Below the pieces are notes generated by a model. It was given only the letters and a program-made list of their open reading frames with translations, ran no database searches and had not been told where the DNA came from. Positions 13,118 to 25,576 of a stretch of 64,000 nucleotides of DNA are shown here, piece after piece. A program made the translations under genes and the position numbers. Source of the stretch: Callorhinchus milii (lineage: Eukaryota); the NCBI RefSeq assembly GCF_018977255.1, contig NW_024704743.1:38256001-38320000 (forward strand). The letters run 5' to 3'. Within the stretch, counting starts at the first letter, position 1, and the number at the start of each line of letters is the position of its first letter.

Positions 13118-13233
13118 AGCAAAGACTTGCAGTTGGACATTATCCCAGCGAGTGCTCCTGGGTCAGAGGTGAAACTTCGTGATGCCGCCCATGAGCTCAA
13201 TGAAGAAAAGCGCAAATCAGCTCGCAGGAAAGA
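13118..13233 (+). CDS. TRIO: TRIO exon, linker to DH1 (116 nt, 0-2)
   Basis: acacag|AGCAAA...AAAGA|gtatgt after a 100-nt intron; SKDLQLDIIPASAPGSEVKLRDAAHELNEEKRKSARRK(E). Confidence 0.95.
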
Positions 13234-13427
13234 GTATGTTTTTATGCCTTTCAACTTATCGTTTTGATTCTTTTGAGCTGGCATAAAAAACAGGAAAAGG
13301 ACATTTTCCTTAGTGTGCTGGCTACAGACTGCTTTCTCTATTTTTCTAACCAGTCTTATGGTGATGGATTTTGCACAGGCATTTTAATGGAGTCTGATAA
13401 CAGGATGGTTGCCCATAGATCTGTATT

Positions 13428-13520
13428 AATAATAATACTTGCATTTGACATAACGCCTTATCACATCTTTGAGACGTCTCAAAGCACTTCACAAAATATA
13501 CTGTAAAGTGATTTGACAGT
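13428..13520 (-). mobile_element. Young SINE, 3' tail fragment
   Basis: aataatacttgcatttgacataacgccttatcac...gagacgtctcaaagcacttcac. Confidence 0.75.
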
Positions 13521-14105
13521 ATGTTTGACTGTATTGTAAAACAAAGATATTTTATCAATTGAATATGTTGAAGTCCATACTTCAACTGTCTGCTGTGCTT
13601 CAAATAGCATTTAGTAGGTGAGATAATAAAACCTAAAAGACTTGTTTCAGCACCTTGGGATGTCCTCCCGACGTGAAAGGCGCTATACAAATGTAATTTT
13701 GATGTTGTTGTTTCTGAAAAGCCACTGTGTGAATTACTTTTGTTAACCCTAAAAGCCAAAGCCCTAATAGATAGACAGTGTTCACCATGGCAAGCAATAA
13801 CCAGCAGTACCCCAACACACACACTCTGGGGTCTCCAATCTAGGCTCTTGCTACCTGTACCTAATACTTTCCAGGATTAGGTAAACATGGTGTATCCCTC
13901 TGATGAGAGAGGGCACACTCTGTACCAGACAAAGAGAAATTCCCATGGATTTGTGGAACTCTTAGTCTATTGTGGATACTCTCAAGCGTGATGATAGGTT
14001 TCACACTGAGGTGACCAAAACAAATTTAAGACAAAAGACAGCAGGAATATGTTTAGCATTCTAATGTATTTTTATAACCAAGGGCATATATCCTCTTGCC
14101 CTTAG

Positions 14106-14172
14106 ATTCATTATGGCTGAATTGATCCAAACAGAGAAAGCCTATGTGCGAGATCTTCGAGAATGTCTGGAG
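14106..14172 (+). CDS. TRIO: TRIO exon, DH1 start (67 nt, 2-0)
   Basis: ccttag|ATTCAT...CTGGAG|gtaagt; FIMAELIQTEKAYVRDLRECLE (Dbl-homology CR1 motif). Confidence 0.95.
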
Positions 14173-14662
14173 GTAAGTATTTTTCACTGCTGTTCAGTGC
14201 ATATTGTTTTTTCTTGATCAAAATGATGTCCTACATTGTGGAAATTCAAAGATTTATTTCTGTTTCCTCACCGATTTTCCATCTGCTTTTTTTAAAAGTA
14301 CATGCTCCTGTTGAAATATGACATTGGAACAGTTGCAGCAAATGCAGCATGATTCAATCTTCACTTTTCATTCTTCTGAGGAGAATTAGTAAAAGGGAAA
14401 TACTTTGAAAATATGTCAGTTTTGAAAGTTTATTTCAAAAAAATCTTACTAAAAATCTACTTGGAAGCCATCATTTGGTGAACAAAGTGTCTTACTTTGA
14501 AAGTGCTTCCTGAGATAAATGTATACAAACTAGGTTGTCATTCTTTTTCATTGCTGAATGCTGCCAGTCATTGAGTGGCATTGTAAACATTCATTCTTTA
14601 ACAAGCGTCTTGTTCCAATATATTCTTGAAATAAATATATTTATCTTTCCTTCCTAAACTAG

Positions 14663-14772
14663 ACCTATCTCTGGGAAATGACCAGTGGTGTAGATGAAAT
14701 TCCACCTGGGATTGTAAATAAAGATAATATAATATTTGGTAATATGCCAGAAATCTACGAATTCCATAACAA
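14663..14772 (+). CDS. TRIO: TRIO exon, DH1 (110 nt, 0-2)
   Basis: aactag|ACCTAT...TAACAA|gtaagt; [36 protein letters not shown]. Confidence 0.95.
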
Positions 14773-14964
14773 GTAAGTTTTCCCATCAAACATCCTAGCA
14801 TTTTTAAACTTTTGGGGTTTTGCTGTTGAGTCAGTATAAATCAAGAGCAGATAATTGGTTTTGAATCTTCCTGTTTTTAGTGTGGGGGTGAGAGGAGGCA
14901 AAATGTAATTTATATTTTTGTGATGTTTAGAATATTACTTATCACATCAAAAAAAAATGTTTTT

Positions 14965-15930
14965 GCCTGAAGGCAGTGCATTGCGGCATTCCTCAGAGCT
15001 CTGCCCTCGGTCCTCTCTTCTGTAATATTTATATGCTTCCGCTCGGTGATGTCATCCCCAGGCGTGGGGTTAACTTTCACATGTGGACGTTTGACACCCA
15101 ACTCTATCTTTCTGTCTCCACCCTCAACTTCAGGACCACTGCTGTCCTGACAAATTGTCTGTCAGACATCAAGTCCTGAAGGAGAGCCAACTTTCTACAG
15201 TTGAACGTCCACAAGACCAAGGCCCTCCTGCTTGGCTCCCATCAGTGCCTCCTCATCTCAGGCTCTGACAGTATCACTCTTCATGGATGCACACCCCACC
15301 TCACCGAGCTTATACAGAATCCTAGTGTCTTGTTTGACCCTCAACTGTCCTTTAAACCTCCCGTCCATGCCTTAACCCGTTCAGCCTTCCCCCACTTCCA
15401 CAACATTTCCAACTCTTCCTTCCACAAGCTGCAGAGTACTCAGAACTCTGCAGCTCGTGTCCTTTCTCGCACCAAGCTCTGGGAGCCGACCACCCCCATC
15501 CTCGCCCGGTTTCATTGGTTCTCCATCTCCTAGATGATGAAGTTTAAGATCCGCGTCCTCTCTTTTAAAGCCCTTCAGAGTTTTGCTCCTCCCTACGTCT
15601 GCGACGTACTGAAACATTGCCAACCCGCCCGTTCCCTCCACTCAGTGGCCTGCTCCATGTCCTCCCCCCTTCCCGCCCCGCCATTGGCGGTCGGGTCGTC
15701 AGCCTCTCTGCCCAATCCTCTGGAACTCCATCCCGGAATCCCTCTGCCTCACCCCCTCTCTTGGCTCCATCATGGCCTGGCTCAAGACCTTCTTCTGCGA
15801 TGTTCGGTCATTCTCCCACCCCCATACCCCTTGCCAACTATCCCAGCTCAGGTGCAAACCCTTGGCTGTCCAGTGCCTTGGGACACCCTTATGATGTGAA
15901 GGGCGCTATATAAATGCAGTTTGTTGTTGC
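14965..15930 (+). mobile_element. L2-clade LINE 3' relic with RT remnant
   Basis: CGIPQSSALGPLFCNIYMLPLGDVI...DTQLY and QNSAARVLSRTK...TPILARFHW; tail gtgaagggcgctatataaatgcagtttgttgttg. Confidence 0.9.
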
Positions 15931-16062
15931 ATTGAAGCTCAAACACATGCAGGTTTTTTTCTTTGATCTTGGCTGTGCTGTGGGGAAGTAGAAGTGAGCT
16001 GGGAAACCTTCAGGTTACTTTTCTGCATCTCAGTGGCATATCTTGATGTAGATTATAAATAA

Positions 16063-16227
<165 letters not shown>

Positions 16228-16614
16228 TAGCAATATAATGCTGTATTGAATCAAATGCACTTTTCAATTTGTAAAATTGCTTATTAAGTTAAATTGCTTA
16301 GTGAGACGACATAAATTAATTTCCTCTTTCCTGAACAAATGTTAAGTGTAGAATATGATGGAATCTGAATTTTTACTTTGATCAGATGGGTATCTGACAT
16401 AGGTTGAGGCTCATAACTGTGTCCAAACTAAACTACTGAGAGTTTCACATGTGCATGGTTTCCATTTGTCTCATTTGGAATGCTCATGTGCTACCCTATT
16501 TACCTCATTACAGAGGTTAGGTGCAGGTTGGCAAGAGCCAAGAATTGGGGACCCCAGAATGTGCATTTAAGTGCTGTGGGAGTCTAACCAACTAAAACCA
16601 CATACAACCTTCAG

Positions 16615-16840
16615 ATTCTAAGCTCTGGAATTCCCTCCCTGTACCCCTCACCCCTTGAGCCCTTCATCTCGCCCCTTCTCTGTCTACGTCGTGGCTTAAA
16701 AGCTACATTTCAACAATGCCTATGGCCATCTCCTACTTTCTCCCACCGCCTCTTCCTTGCTGGCATTCAAACTCACTTTTTGTAAAGCACTCCCATAAGT
16801 TAACATACATGATGCATATAAATAAATGCAGGTTGTGATT
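16615..16840 (+). mobile_element. L2 3' fragment (old)
   Basis: aagctctggaattccctccct... with degenerate tail. Confidence 0.65.
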
Positions 16841-17276
16841 GTTTATTTGTAGTTGCCGCAATTACAAATGCTGGCTGTTCACTGGTATGTTGCCATTTTC
16901 CTGGCCTGTAAGGACCTTCCCTACACATTGGGGACAGTCTTTGGCTAGAATCCAAACATTGCTATGCCCAATACCAAATAATGTGTGTGCCAAATTTCAG
17001 TGCAAACACAAAGTGTTTATATAAAACAGTGCATAAATGCTGAGCCATTTCATAATGAAATGACCGTGTAGTATAAAATAAGCATAAAAATTCTCTTTAT
17101 CTTTAATTTGATAAATATTACTGAACATTGTTAGCGTATTCCCTGCCTATTTGTTTATTGTTACAAGACCTGCGTAAACCAATGATGTTATGTTCCGATG
17201 TTAGAGTTCCTTCCACATATAATTGGCAAAATAAATACAACTGTGGTTTGTTACTGTCTCATGTTTATCTGAACAG

Positions 17277-17366
17277 GCTGACAAGTTCCATATGTACGTA
17301 ACATACTGTAGGAACAAGCCAGATTCAACGCAGCTCATCCTGGAGCATGCAGGGGCCTACTTCGAT
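17277..17366 (+). CDS. TRIO: TRIO exon, DH1 (90 nt, 0-0)
   Basis: gaacag|GCTGAC...TTCGAT|gtaagt; [30 protein letters not shown]. Confidence 0.95.
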
Positions 17367-17514
17367 GTAAGTACCATGTCTGGGGTCTCATCATTTAACT
17401 CTTCCAGTTCCTGATGCGCATCATCACATTATATTAGTTAGCTTCAAAATAACAAGAAGAAGTTATTGTAGTCAATGGGTAATAGATCTGTGGGACTCAT
17501 GTCCAGCAGAGGTG

Positions 17515-17840
17515 ATGGAATAAACTCAGTTGGTAGCACTCTCATCTGAGTCAGAATATTGTGAGTTCAAGCCGGAAGTTGGGACTTTGAATTCAGGCTG
17601 TATTAAGCCGACACTTCAGTACAGTGCTGTGGGAGCTCTGTTTTATTGGAGGAGTGTCTTTCGGGGGATGTTAAACTGAGGATCCATTTGCCTGGACATT
17701 AAGGATCAGAAAGGACTTCCTCTCGGTGTCTTTACCAACAAACTCCCAGAAAGCAATGGTCATTCACTTCATGGCTGTTTGTTGGACATTGCTGTATGCA
17801 AATTGACTGCTTTGTTCACCTACAAAATACAGTCAGTACT
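17515..17840 (+). mobile_element. Old DeuSINE (SacSINE1/AmnSINE1-like)
   Basis: tRNA-like head (tggtagcactctcatctgagtcagaa...gttcaag), then Deu-domain motifs gttaaactgagg and gctgtttgttggacattgctgtatgcaaattg. Confidence 0.75.
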
Positions 17841-18545
17841 GTTTAGGGTAAAGTTGCTTACTTGTTTATAAGCTATCTTTTTCAGCCTAACATGCTTATT
17901 GTCTATTAATTTGCACATAGAAAAAGAAAGGTGCAATATTTTTTTTTAAAAATGAGTCTAATAACAGATCAGATATATCACAGGCTTGTAGTTTTGAGTC
18001 TCAGAGTTGCATGAAGTTGCCATTATGTTATGATGAATGAATTTGTGTACATCAAGGGATAAAAATCAAAATTAGTATTGCCTGATCATATCATAGAATT
18101 GTAGAACGTTAGTTTTTGAGTCGTTTAGTTTGAATGTACGTAAGCAAACTGGCAACAAATACTTTTGCTGTTACTCTGTTCAATAGTAAAGTGCTCTGAG
18201 ACACTATCCTGTGTGGAGGGCGCTATATAAGTGCAAGTTGTCGTTGTAAAAGTACCAAATTCAATTTCCTGGCAGGATGTGGATTACTGTAAAGTAGTTT
18301 TCAGCTGGGTCACTAGGTGGAGCACTGGTTGTGAGTAGAGTGGGTTGGCTGCTGGAAAACACTGGCATTGCAGAGATCACCCTCCCTTTTACACCCACAC
18401 ATTTTCAACCCACTGGCACGATTGTTAGTGGTTGTAGAATGGTTTAAGGCCTGAAAGACTTGCTTTTTTGTCTAAGTGGAGCACTTGACTTTATTTTTGT
18501 TGGAAGGAGATGGGATTAAAGCAACATTGCATGGAATTTTAGTGA

Positions 18546-18701
<156 letters not shown>

Positions 18702-19123
18702 TGAAGCAGCAATAATTAATCATTACATTAATTTTTTTAAAGTTAGCTTGTGGTCAACTCTAGTACACATTCTGTCTTACTCAAGGCTGTGCACACTCTT
18801 CACTCCCATCCTCTCCGGGTTCCCCAGCAGATCAGATTTATGGTTCTTGTGAACTTCATATCCCTCAGTCTTGCTACTCCTTATCTCTGTAATCGTCTCC
18901 AGCACTATTCTCCTGCCCATATTCTTCGCTCCTCCAATGTTGGTTTATTGTTCATTTGTCACTCCCTCTTATAGCCAAGCTTTCAATCACCACATCCCCG
19001 CTCTCTAATTCTTTTCCAAAGCTTCTTGTTCTGTTTTCAAAACTTTTTAAAAAGTTTTGAAAATTCAATGGAACTAGTGATATAGCTTGTGTCTTCATGG
19101 TTTAGTTCAATTGTGTTACACAG

Positions 19124-19235
19124 GAGCTGTTGACTTGTTGTGAAGAAGGAAAGGGAGAGATTAAAGATGGTCTGGAGGTGATGCTGAGCGTGCCAAAGCG
19201 AGCTAATGATGCCATGCATCTCAGTATGCTAGAAG
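19124..19235 (+). CDS. TRIO: TRIO exon, DH1 end (112 nt, 0-1)
   Basis: acacag|GAGCTG...TAGAAG|gtgcgt; [37 protein letters not shown]. Confidence 0.95.
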
Positions 19236-19399
19236 GTGCGTCCTGTCTTGTCCTCCCAAACACAACTCAATATCGGCATCAGAGTGGCATTGGTTCTAAA
19301 TTCTGCCTAAAGCAGCTCAAGATAACAGCATATGTTTCACTTTATGTTCAAGTATCTGTGTTTGACTAATGCTGGAAAGGAAAATATGAACACTTGTAT

Positions 19400-19822
19400 C
19401 AGCCTGGCTCAATTAGTAGCACTCGTCACTGAGTCCGAAGTTTGTGGGTTCAAGCTCTACATCGGGAACTCAAACCCATATAGTCTATGATGACACTCCA
19501 CTGCATTGTCGAAGGTGCTGCCATTTGGTTGAGACCATAACCCAGGTCCCATCTGCCTGTTTGAGTGGACGTCAAAAATCCCATGGTACTATTCAAAAAG
19601 GACAGGGAGTTTCTCCCAGTGTCCTGGTCAAAACCCCCCAAAATAAAATAAGTTACTCACTCCATGGCTGTTTGTGGGCTATTGCTGTGCGCAAATTGGT
19701 TGCCACACTCACTCATAAAATACACATAGAAATACCGCTTTACAATATATCCTGTCATGTGCTTTTGAGATGTCTTGACAATGTGATAAGGTGTGATATT
19801 AAATGCAAGAATAATTATTATA
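19400..19822 (+). mobile_element. Old DeuSINE, full length
   Basis: Head, Deu domain (gtggacgtcaaaaatcccatggtactattc...gtgtcctggtca) and tail related to the young SINE. Confidence 0.8.
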
Positions 19823-20175
19823 AAACTAACTTGTCCTAGATAATTCCATAGGTTACTTAATTTTTTATACTATTTATCAGAGTGATTTTCTCTTGCAAAA
19901 GATATAAGCAGAAAAAGTCCATTGAGAATCCATCCAAGCTATCTTGTAAGAAATATGACTGTTCTTCAGTAAAGTAGTGGTGTCCCCTCCATTTTGTTAA
20001 TACTTCTATGTTTTCTTTGTGTTTGTAGTGAGATGTTTGTTTTCGTTGTGAGGAAGGCTCATTTTGTACAGAACTTTGCGCTAAAACATATTTTTGGAAA
20101 AAGTAGAATGTGAAAATAAATTATTGTGTTTGTATAATAGAGAAAATGTAAATTTGTTGTTGTTGTTGTCCTCAG

Positions 20176-20366
20176 GGTTTGAAGAGAACCTGGAATCCCA
20201 GGGAGAGCTGATCCTGCAAGAGTCCTTCCAAGTGTGGGATCCTAAATCCTTAATCCGCAAAGGCCGAGAAAGACATCTCTTCTTGTTTGAAATGTCACTC
20301 ATCTTCAGTAAAGAAATCAAAGATTCCAACGGAAGGAGTAAATATATCTACAAACACAAACTGCTT
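20176..20366 (+). CDS. TRIO: TRIO exon, PH1 (191 nt, 1-0)
   Basis: cctcag|GGTTTG...CTGCTT|gtaagt; FEENLESQGELILQESFQVWDPKSLIRKGRERHLFLFEMSLIFSKEIKDSNGRSKYIYKHKLL. Confidence 0.95.
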
Positions 20367-21228
20367 GTAAGTGCGATCATTGGAAGTAGGTAGCATTGAT
20401 GGAAACACACTGCATTAAACAAGCTAAATCCAACTCTACTTGAGTGTCTTTGATTTTTATGGTTTGGATACAAGTAGCTAATATATTTGCATTGGCACAA
20501 TGTCTACAGGAATAATTTTCATCTTTCATAGCTCAAATTCTTTTTTAAATGGTTTTGATCAGTTAGGATGTCTGATACATATATCAGCCCATTACCATGC
20601 TTAGGGAATCTAAACTAGACTGAGAGTTCAACATGTGTATGTGACCTAGATGTGGAAATTTCCCTGTGTCTAAAATGGAATGCGTAATCTCTCCCAAAAG
20701 GGACGCATCCTGCTTACCAAATTCTGGAGAGTGTTCGGCACAGGTTGGCGAGAGTCAAAGCTTGGGACTCCCAAATGTACACTGGGGTATTGTTGGGGTT
20801 TAACAAGTTAAAACCACGTAACTTGCCATTGAGTTCACTGTCTGGCACACTTTCTGCTGCTTGTCCTGCTATGACCACCATTCCCATAGTCTGCCTTTCC
20901 AAGTCCTGCCTGCGTTTGACCCACCAAAGAACTACTCTCATTTCTTTTTTTATATATAAAAGTGTAATACTGTTGGATTCTTGAGCAGAAATGGCATTCT
21001 GAAAGGTTCAGTATCTGTTTGTGACAATCATTAGAAACTGAATAACACAATTGCCATCAACATAATTATTCATTGTTTCAATGTCTTCTCATTTGTATAG
21101 ATTGCTGCATTGACATGTTGAAAATGTAACTTGCTACCAGAGCAATGCTGCAAAAATTAAAGAAGCAGTCAGTGTGTTATCAATCAGTAATCTGAACCAG
21201 ATTGAAGGTGCCTTTCACTGTTTTACAG

Positions 21229-21330
21229 ACCTCAGAGCTGGGGGTCACAGAACATGTTGAAGGGGATCACTGCAAGTTTGCATTGTGGGTTGGAAGAACT
21301 CCTACATCAGACAACAAAATTGTCTTAAAG
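21229..21330 (+). CDS. TRIO: TRIO exon, PH1 (102 nt, 0-0)
   Basis: ttacag|ACCTCA...TTAAAG|gtaatt; TSELGVTEHVEGDHCKFALWVGRTPTSDNKIVLK. Confidence 0.95.
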
Positions 21331-21579
21331 GTAATTCAATATTTTGAAACTTGAGAAATTTTAAATGTTTTTGGTAAGTTCGAGTAATGGGCAAAGTAGA
21401 CTAGCGAATTGTTTATTGCAGTAAATCAACAGACTATTCGTTTAGTTTTCCCACAAGGAATTATCTCATTAATCTTTTGGGGATTTTGTATGTTTGTACA
21501 ATTTAAATTGTAGAAGATGACGGCTCATTATTTTTTCCCCCATGCCTTTTTGCCATGAATGTTACCTTTTGTGATGAAG

Positions 21580-21719
21580 GCTTCTAGTGTTGAAAACAAG
21601 CAAGATTGGATCAAACATATCCGCGAGGTTATACAGGAAAGGACCATCCATCTAAAGGGAGCGCTGAAAGAAGCGATCCATCTGCCCAAACCCACGTCTC
21701 ACAAGCATAAAGGGAGAAG
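21580..21719 (+). CDS. TRIO: TRIO exon, PH1 end (140 nt, 0-2)
   Basis: atgaag|GCTTCT...GAGAAG|gtgagt; ASSVENKQDWIKHIREVIQERTIHLKGALKEAIHLPKPTSHKHKGR(R). Confidence 0.93.
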
Positions 21720-21744
21720 GTGAGTGAGTGCTTTGTCACACTGT

Positions 21745-22076
21745 TACCTCTCCGACCTCCTCACTCCCCAATCCACCACTTGGTGCCTCCGCTCGACTGG
21801 CACCGGTCTCCTGTTCGTTCCTCGCACCCTCCGCTCCACCATCAGAGGTCATGCTTTCAGCAACTACGGCCGAAAACTCTGGAACACTCTCCCTCAATCC
21901 CTCCACCTTGCTCCTCTCTCCCCTTTCATGTCCCGCCTGAATACTTTCCTCTTCGACCGTACTTACACCCACCTGCTCACTCTCCCCCAGCTCAGAGTCA
22001 GGCTCTGCCACTGTTAAGCGCTCTGAGACGCTACCCTGCATGGAGGGGGCTATATAAGTGCAAGTTGTTGTTGTTA
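21745..22076 (+). mobile_element. L2 3' fragment just downstream of a TRIO donor
   Basis: YLSDLL...GHAFSNYGRKLWNTLPQSL; (GTT)n tail. Confidence 0.85.
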
Positions 22077-22143
22077 CAGTCCATATTCAACTTACTTCTG
22101 AGCCTTCATGGTGCTAATGTACTAAAATGCCAACACCTCTTGT

Positions 22144-22459
22144 AGTAATAATAATAATCCTTGCATTTGATATAGCACTTTTCACGTCTTCTAGACGTCC
22201 CAAAGCGCTTCATAGAATATACTGTAAAGTGAATTGACTGTATATTTGTGGGCGAACGCGGCAGCCAATTGCGCACAGCAATGTCCCACAAACAGTCATA
22301 GATTTAAAATGACCAATTTATTATTGTTTTTGGTTTGGAGGGATTATTATTAGGCGTGTAGAGTAAGGAAACTTGCCCAAGGTTTCGCCCTCTGCCTGGA
22401 ATTGAACTCAGGTCTCTCGCTTACAAAGCAAGTGCTCTAACCACTGAGCTACAGGACTC
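22144..22459 (-). mobile_element. Young SINE with internal deletion
   Basis: Tail aataatccttgcatttgatatagc through head ...ctgagctacaggactc. Confidence 0.88.
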
Positions 22460-22699
22460 AAGTGAATTTAATTTTTTCTTCATGTGTATTTAAGAGGCCT
22501 TGACAGAAATATTTCAGAGACAAAAAAACTTAACAATTTTGATTTCAAATGATAGTTCTCCTTACACAAACGGTTTATTCCAGGTGCCTGCTACTCCAAA
22601 GGGAAGAGGGTAGGATAGATGTTCATCAGAACCTGTCTTGTGATATCTGGATCAGAGCATCTTTAACTCTTGTTTTTTGGAGATGATTTGAACAGTGTA

Positions 22700-23140
22700 C
22701 AACAACAGCAACAAAATTACATTTGTATAGCGCCTTTCACGTCGGGAGGATGTCCCAAGACACTGGACAGACAGACAATTTTAATACAGAAACTGGGGGT
22801 CGGGATCGGGGAGGGTGGAGGGCAGGGGGAGGAAGCAGAGTGATCGAAAGCACGGTTGGAGAGGAGGGTCTTGAGATGAGGCAAGGGAGGGGGCAAGGCG
22901 AAGGGACAGCAGGATGGAGTTCCAGAGGGTGAGGGCAGAGTGGCAGAAGGGCCAACTGCCAATGGTGGGGCGAGCGAGGCGGGGACGTGAAGCAGGCCGG
23001 AGCCCGCTGAGTGGAGGGAGTGAGCAGGTTGGTAGGGGGATAGGAGGTTGCAGAGGTAGGGGGTAGCAAGACCGTGGAGGGCTTTGTAGGTGAGGACCAG
23101 GATCTTTAACTGTATCCTCTGTGATGGGAAGCCAGTGGAT
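22700..23140 (-). mobile_element. L2 3' fragment
   Basis: aacaacagcaacaaaattacatttgtatagcgcctttcacgtcgggaggatgtccc (reverse tail) and G-rich body. Confidence 0.85.
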
Positions 23141-23176
23141 TTACTGTCATGGGAGATTTAGCATTTCAACTGTTTA

Positions 23177-23395
23177 TTAATAATAATAATAATCCTTGCA
23201 TTTGATATAGCGCCTTATCACGTCTTTGAAACGTCTCAAAGCACTTCACAGAAATATACTGTTTATTTTGTGGGTGAAACGTGGCAGCCAATTGCACACA
23301 GCAGTGTCCCACAAACAGTCGTGGATTGACCAAATTATTATTTTTTTTGAAGGGATTATTACCCCTGGAAAAGTGATGCGCCAATCGACTAACAA
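23177..23395 (-). mobile_element. Young SINE, 5'-truncated
   Basis: Tail and body present, head missing. Confidence 0.85.
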
Positions 23396-23480
23396 GTGTA
23401 AAGTGTAGTAACTGTCTGCTCAATTTGGGATTCAGTTTAACCTACTGAAGGACAACTGGATTTGTCATTTTTTGTTTCAG

Positions 23481-23580
23481 GGATGGTGAGGAACTGGACA
23501 GCCAAGGAGATGCCAGTAGTCAGCCTGACACCATCTCTATTGCATCACGGACCTCACAGAACACACTTGACAGTGATAAG
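23481..23580 (+). CDS. TRIO: TRIO exon, PH1-SH3 linker (100 nt, 2-0)
   Basis: tttcag|GGATGG...GATAAG|gtaggt; DGEELDSQGDASSQPDTISIASRTSQNTLDSDK. Confidence 0.95.
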
Positions 23581-25319
23581 GTAGGTTAAATTCTTTCATG
23601 TTCAGACACACAAAAAGAAGCTGTTGATTTGATGGGAATCGTTTGACCGAACCAAAACCTCGGTTAAAGTGAAAGATCCAGTTGCCAACCCATTCCTTTT
23701 AATCTAGAACCATCAAGCGATCACAATAATTAAGTTGTGGTTATTCTTTAAATAAACTCTTTAATCTTATTTGTTACCAAAATGCTGAAAGGATTTACAT
23801 AGTGTCCATGGTAACATAGTGCAAAGGGGAAGATAATGATGCTAAAGCCTAGATTTATGATGTGCACAACACAACACTGCGTACTTGTATTATTAACACA
23901 TAGTTTATTTTTCCAGAAATATATTATTTATGGTGCAGCAGTTTCAGAACTGTTGTATGCTTTCATTACATTCTTTCTGGACTTGGAAAAATATACAGAT
24001 TAATCTTAGTAAATCAGTCATTAAGTGTAATCTCCTGTACTTAGAAATCAGGAAACTCATATGGCTGCAAGCATTCGCTCAGTTCTCAAAAAGCATCTTA
24101 AGTGCTCAGTTTATGATGCGGTTTTCCTAATGTATATATTGGTCCTTCTGACCAAAAAGCCTTGGCTATTGTCAATGTGTGTCTCTGTCTGTACCTGTAC
24201 TGGTTAAGGGTAATGGTTTCTCATTGCTGGCAGAGTTTACCTATGCATCACTATAGGTTATAGAGCAGGACAGGTGTGGGAGTGCTCTATAACCCCCAAT
24301 AGCAGAAACCTTGGAAGTAATTGGAGGCAGACAGATAATGTAATTGTGGGAGCAAGAGCAACAAAGCTGAACCAGTTAATGCTGCAACAACAAACTCTTT
24401 AAATATTTGTTTGAGAACAGGATTAGAGGATATAGAGAAATTGGAGATAGTTGCAGACTGAACCTCTACTCCATATGATTTCTGTGTTGGGACCTTGCCT
24501 GAGATTTGTGTAAAGAGAAGAAACTGGGATCGAATAGAAAAAAATATTCTGGAGTTTTTGTGCGATTGCACTTATAATTCAGGGAGTATTTATACATTCA
24601 ATACAAAATAAAAATACTTTCCCTGTAGGAGACAAACTGGGTGTGTTTTGTATGGTCTGTAGAAGGAACAGAACTGGTAGGCCAAATGGTCTTTTCTCAT
24701 ACAATGATTTTTGGTCCTCTGTAGCAGAATTCAATCAATCCAGCCCTGGGAATCTGGCACTTTCTGTGCAAATGAGATAATCTTTTCACAAGTAAAACTG
24801 GGGCATATCTCTCAAGCCAGGGCTCATGGGAGGGGTGGACCTTTTGAAAGATAGAAAGTGACTTATTTTTGGACAGAAATAAATTGGGGGAAGTAGGGTA
24901 GATGTACGACTTTTGTTTTAAAATTCTTTTGCCAACTTTCATTGGTAGCATGCTTTTGAAGAGAATCCTGCTGCTCAGAAGGGTCAGAAGGTGGTACGGT
25001 GCTGGTACAAGTAGTAGTACCAGGATATCTGGGATCTGTTATGATTTATTTTTCAGTACTGATGAGATTAGAGTTCCAACAATTGAAGGTACCATTTCAA
25101 TGTAATGCATTCTTCTGTCTGTCTGCCTTGAAACTGGTTTTGTAAACCCACTGACCAATTTTTTTTAAAAGACATTGGTATGGTCAAAGGAGTTGAAAAG
25201 TTTAGAAACGATACTTGATTTCACAGTCAAAAGCAGGATGGACGTGCACAGAATCTCATGAATAAATTAGGGTCTTGAGTCTCAGCAGATTATTCAACCT
25301 TGGGGGCCTGATAGGTTAG

Positions 25320-25576
25320 TCTGTTCCTGGTCTCACATGGTTGGCATTCGCATGTACTCTCCACCAGAGGACACTGGATAGCAGTCAGGAGGGAAAACCC
25401 TGTCTCTGAACTTCCTACCACAAGGGTATTTGAGACCAATTTGGTGTCTGTGCTGACAAGATGACCTGCTGAGTTCATTTAATTAAGCATAGACCGGGTT
25501 TGAATCTGGCATTGTCCTAGACTAAATGTATGGGTACCAAAATATGTCAAGTGATAGATTTATCCATTGAGCTATC
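25320..25576 (-). mobile_element. Ancient tRNA-derived SINE relic (possibly UCON3-like)
   Basis: cactggatagcagtcaggagggaaaaccc similar to 31745 and the reverse of 59050; family name from memory. Confidence 0.45.
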
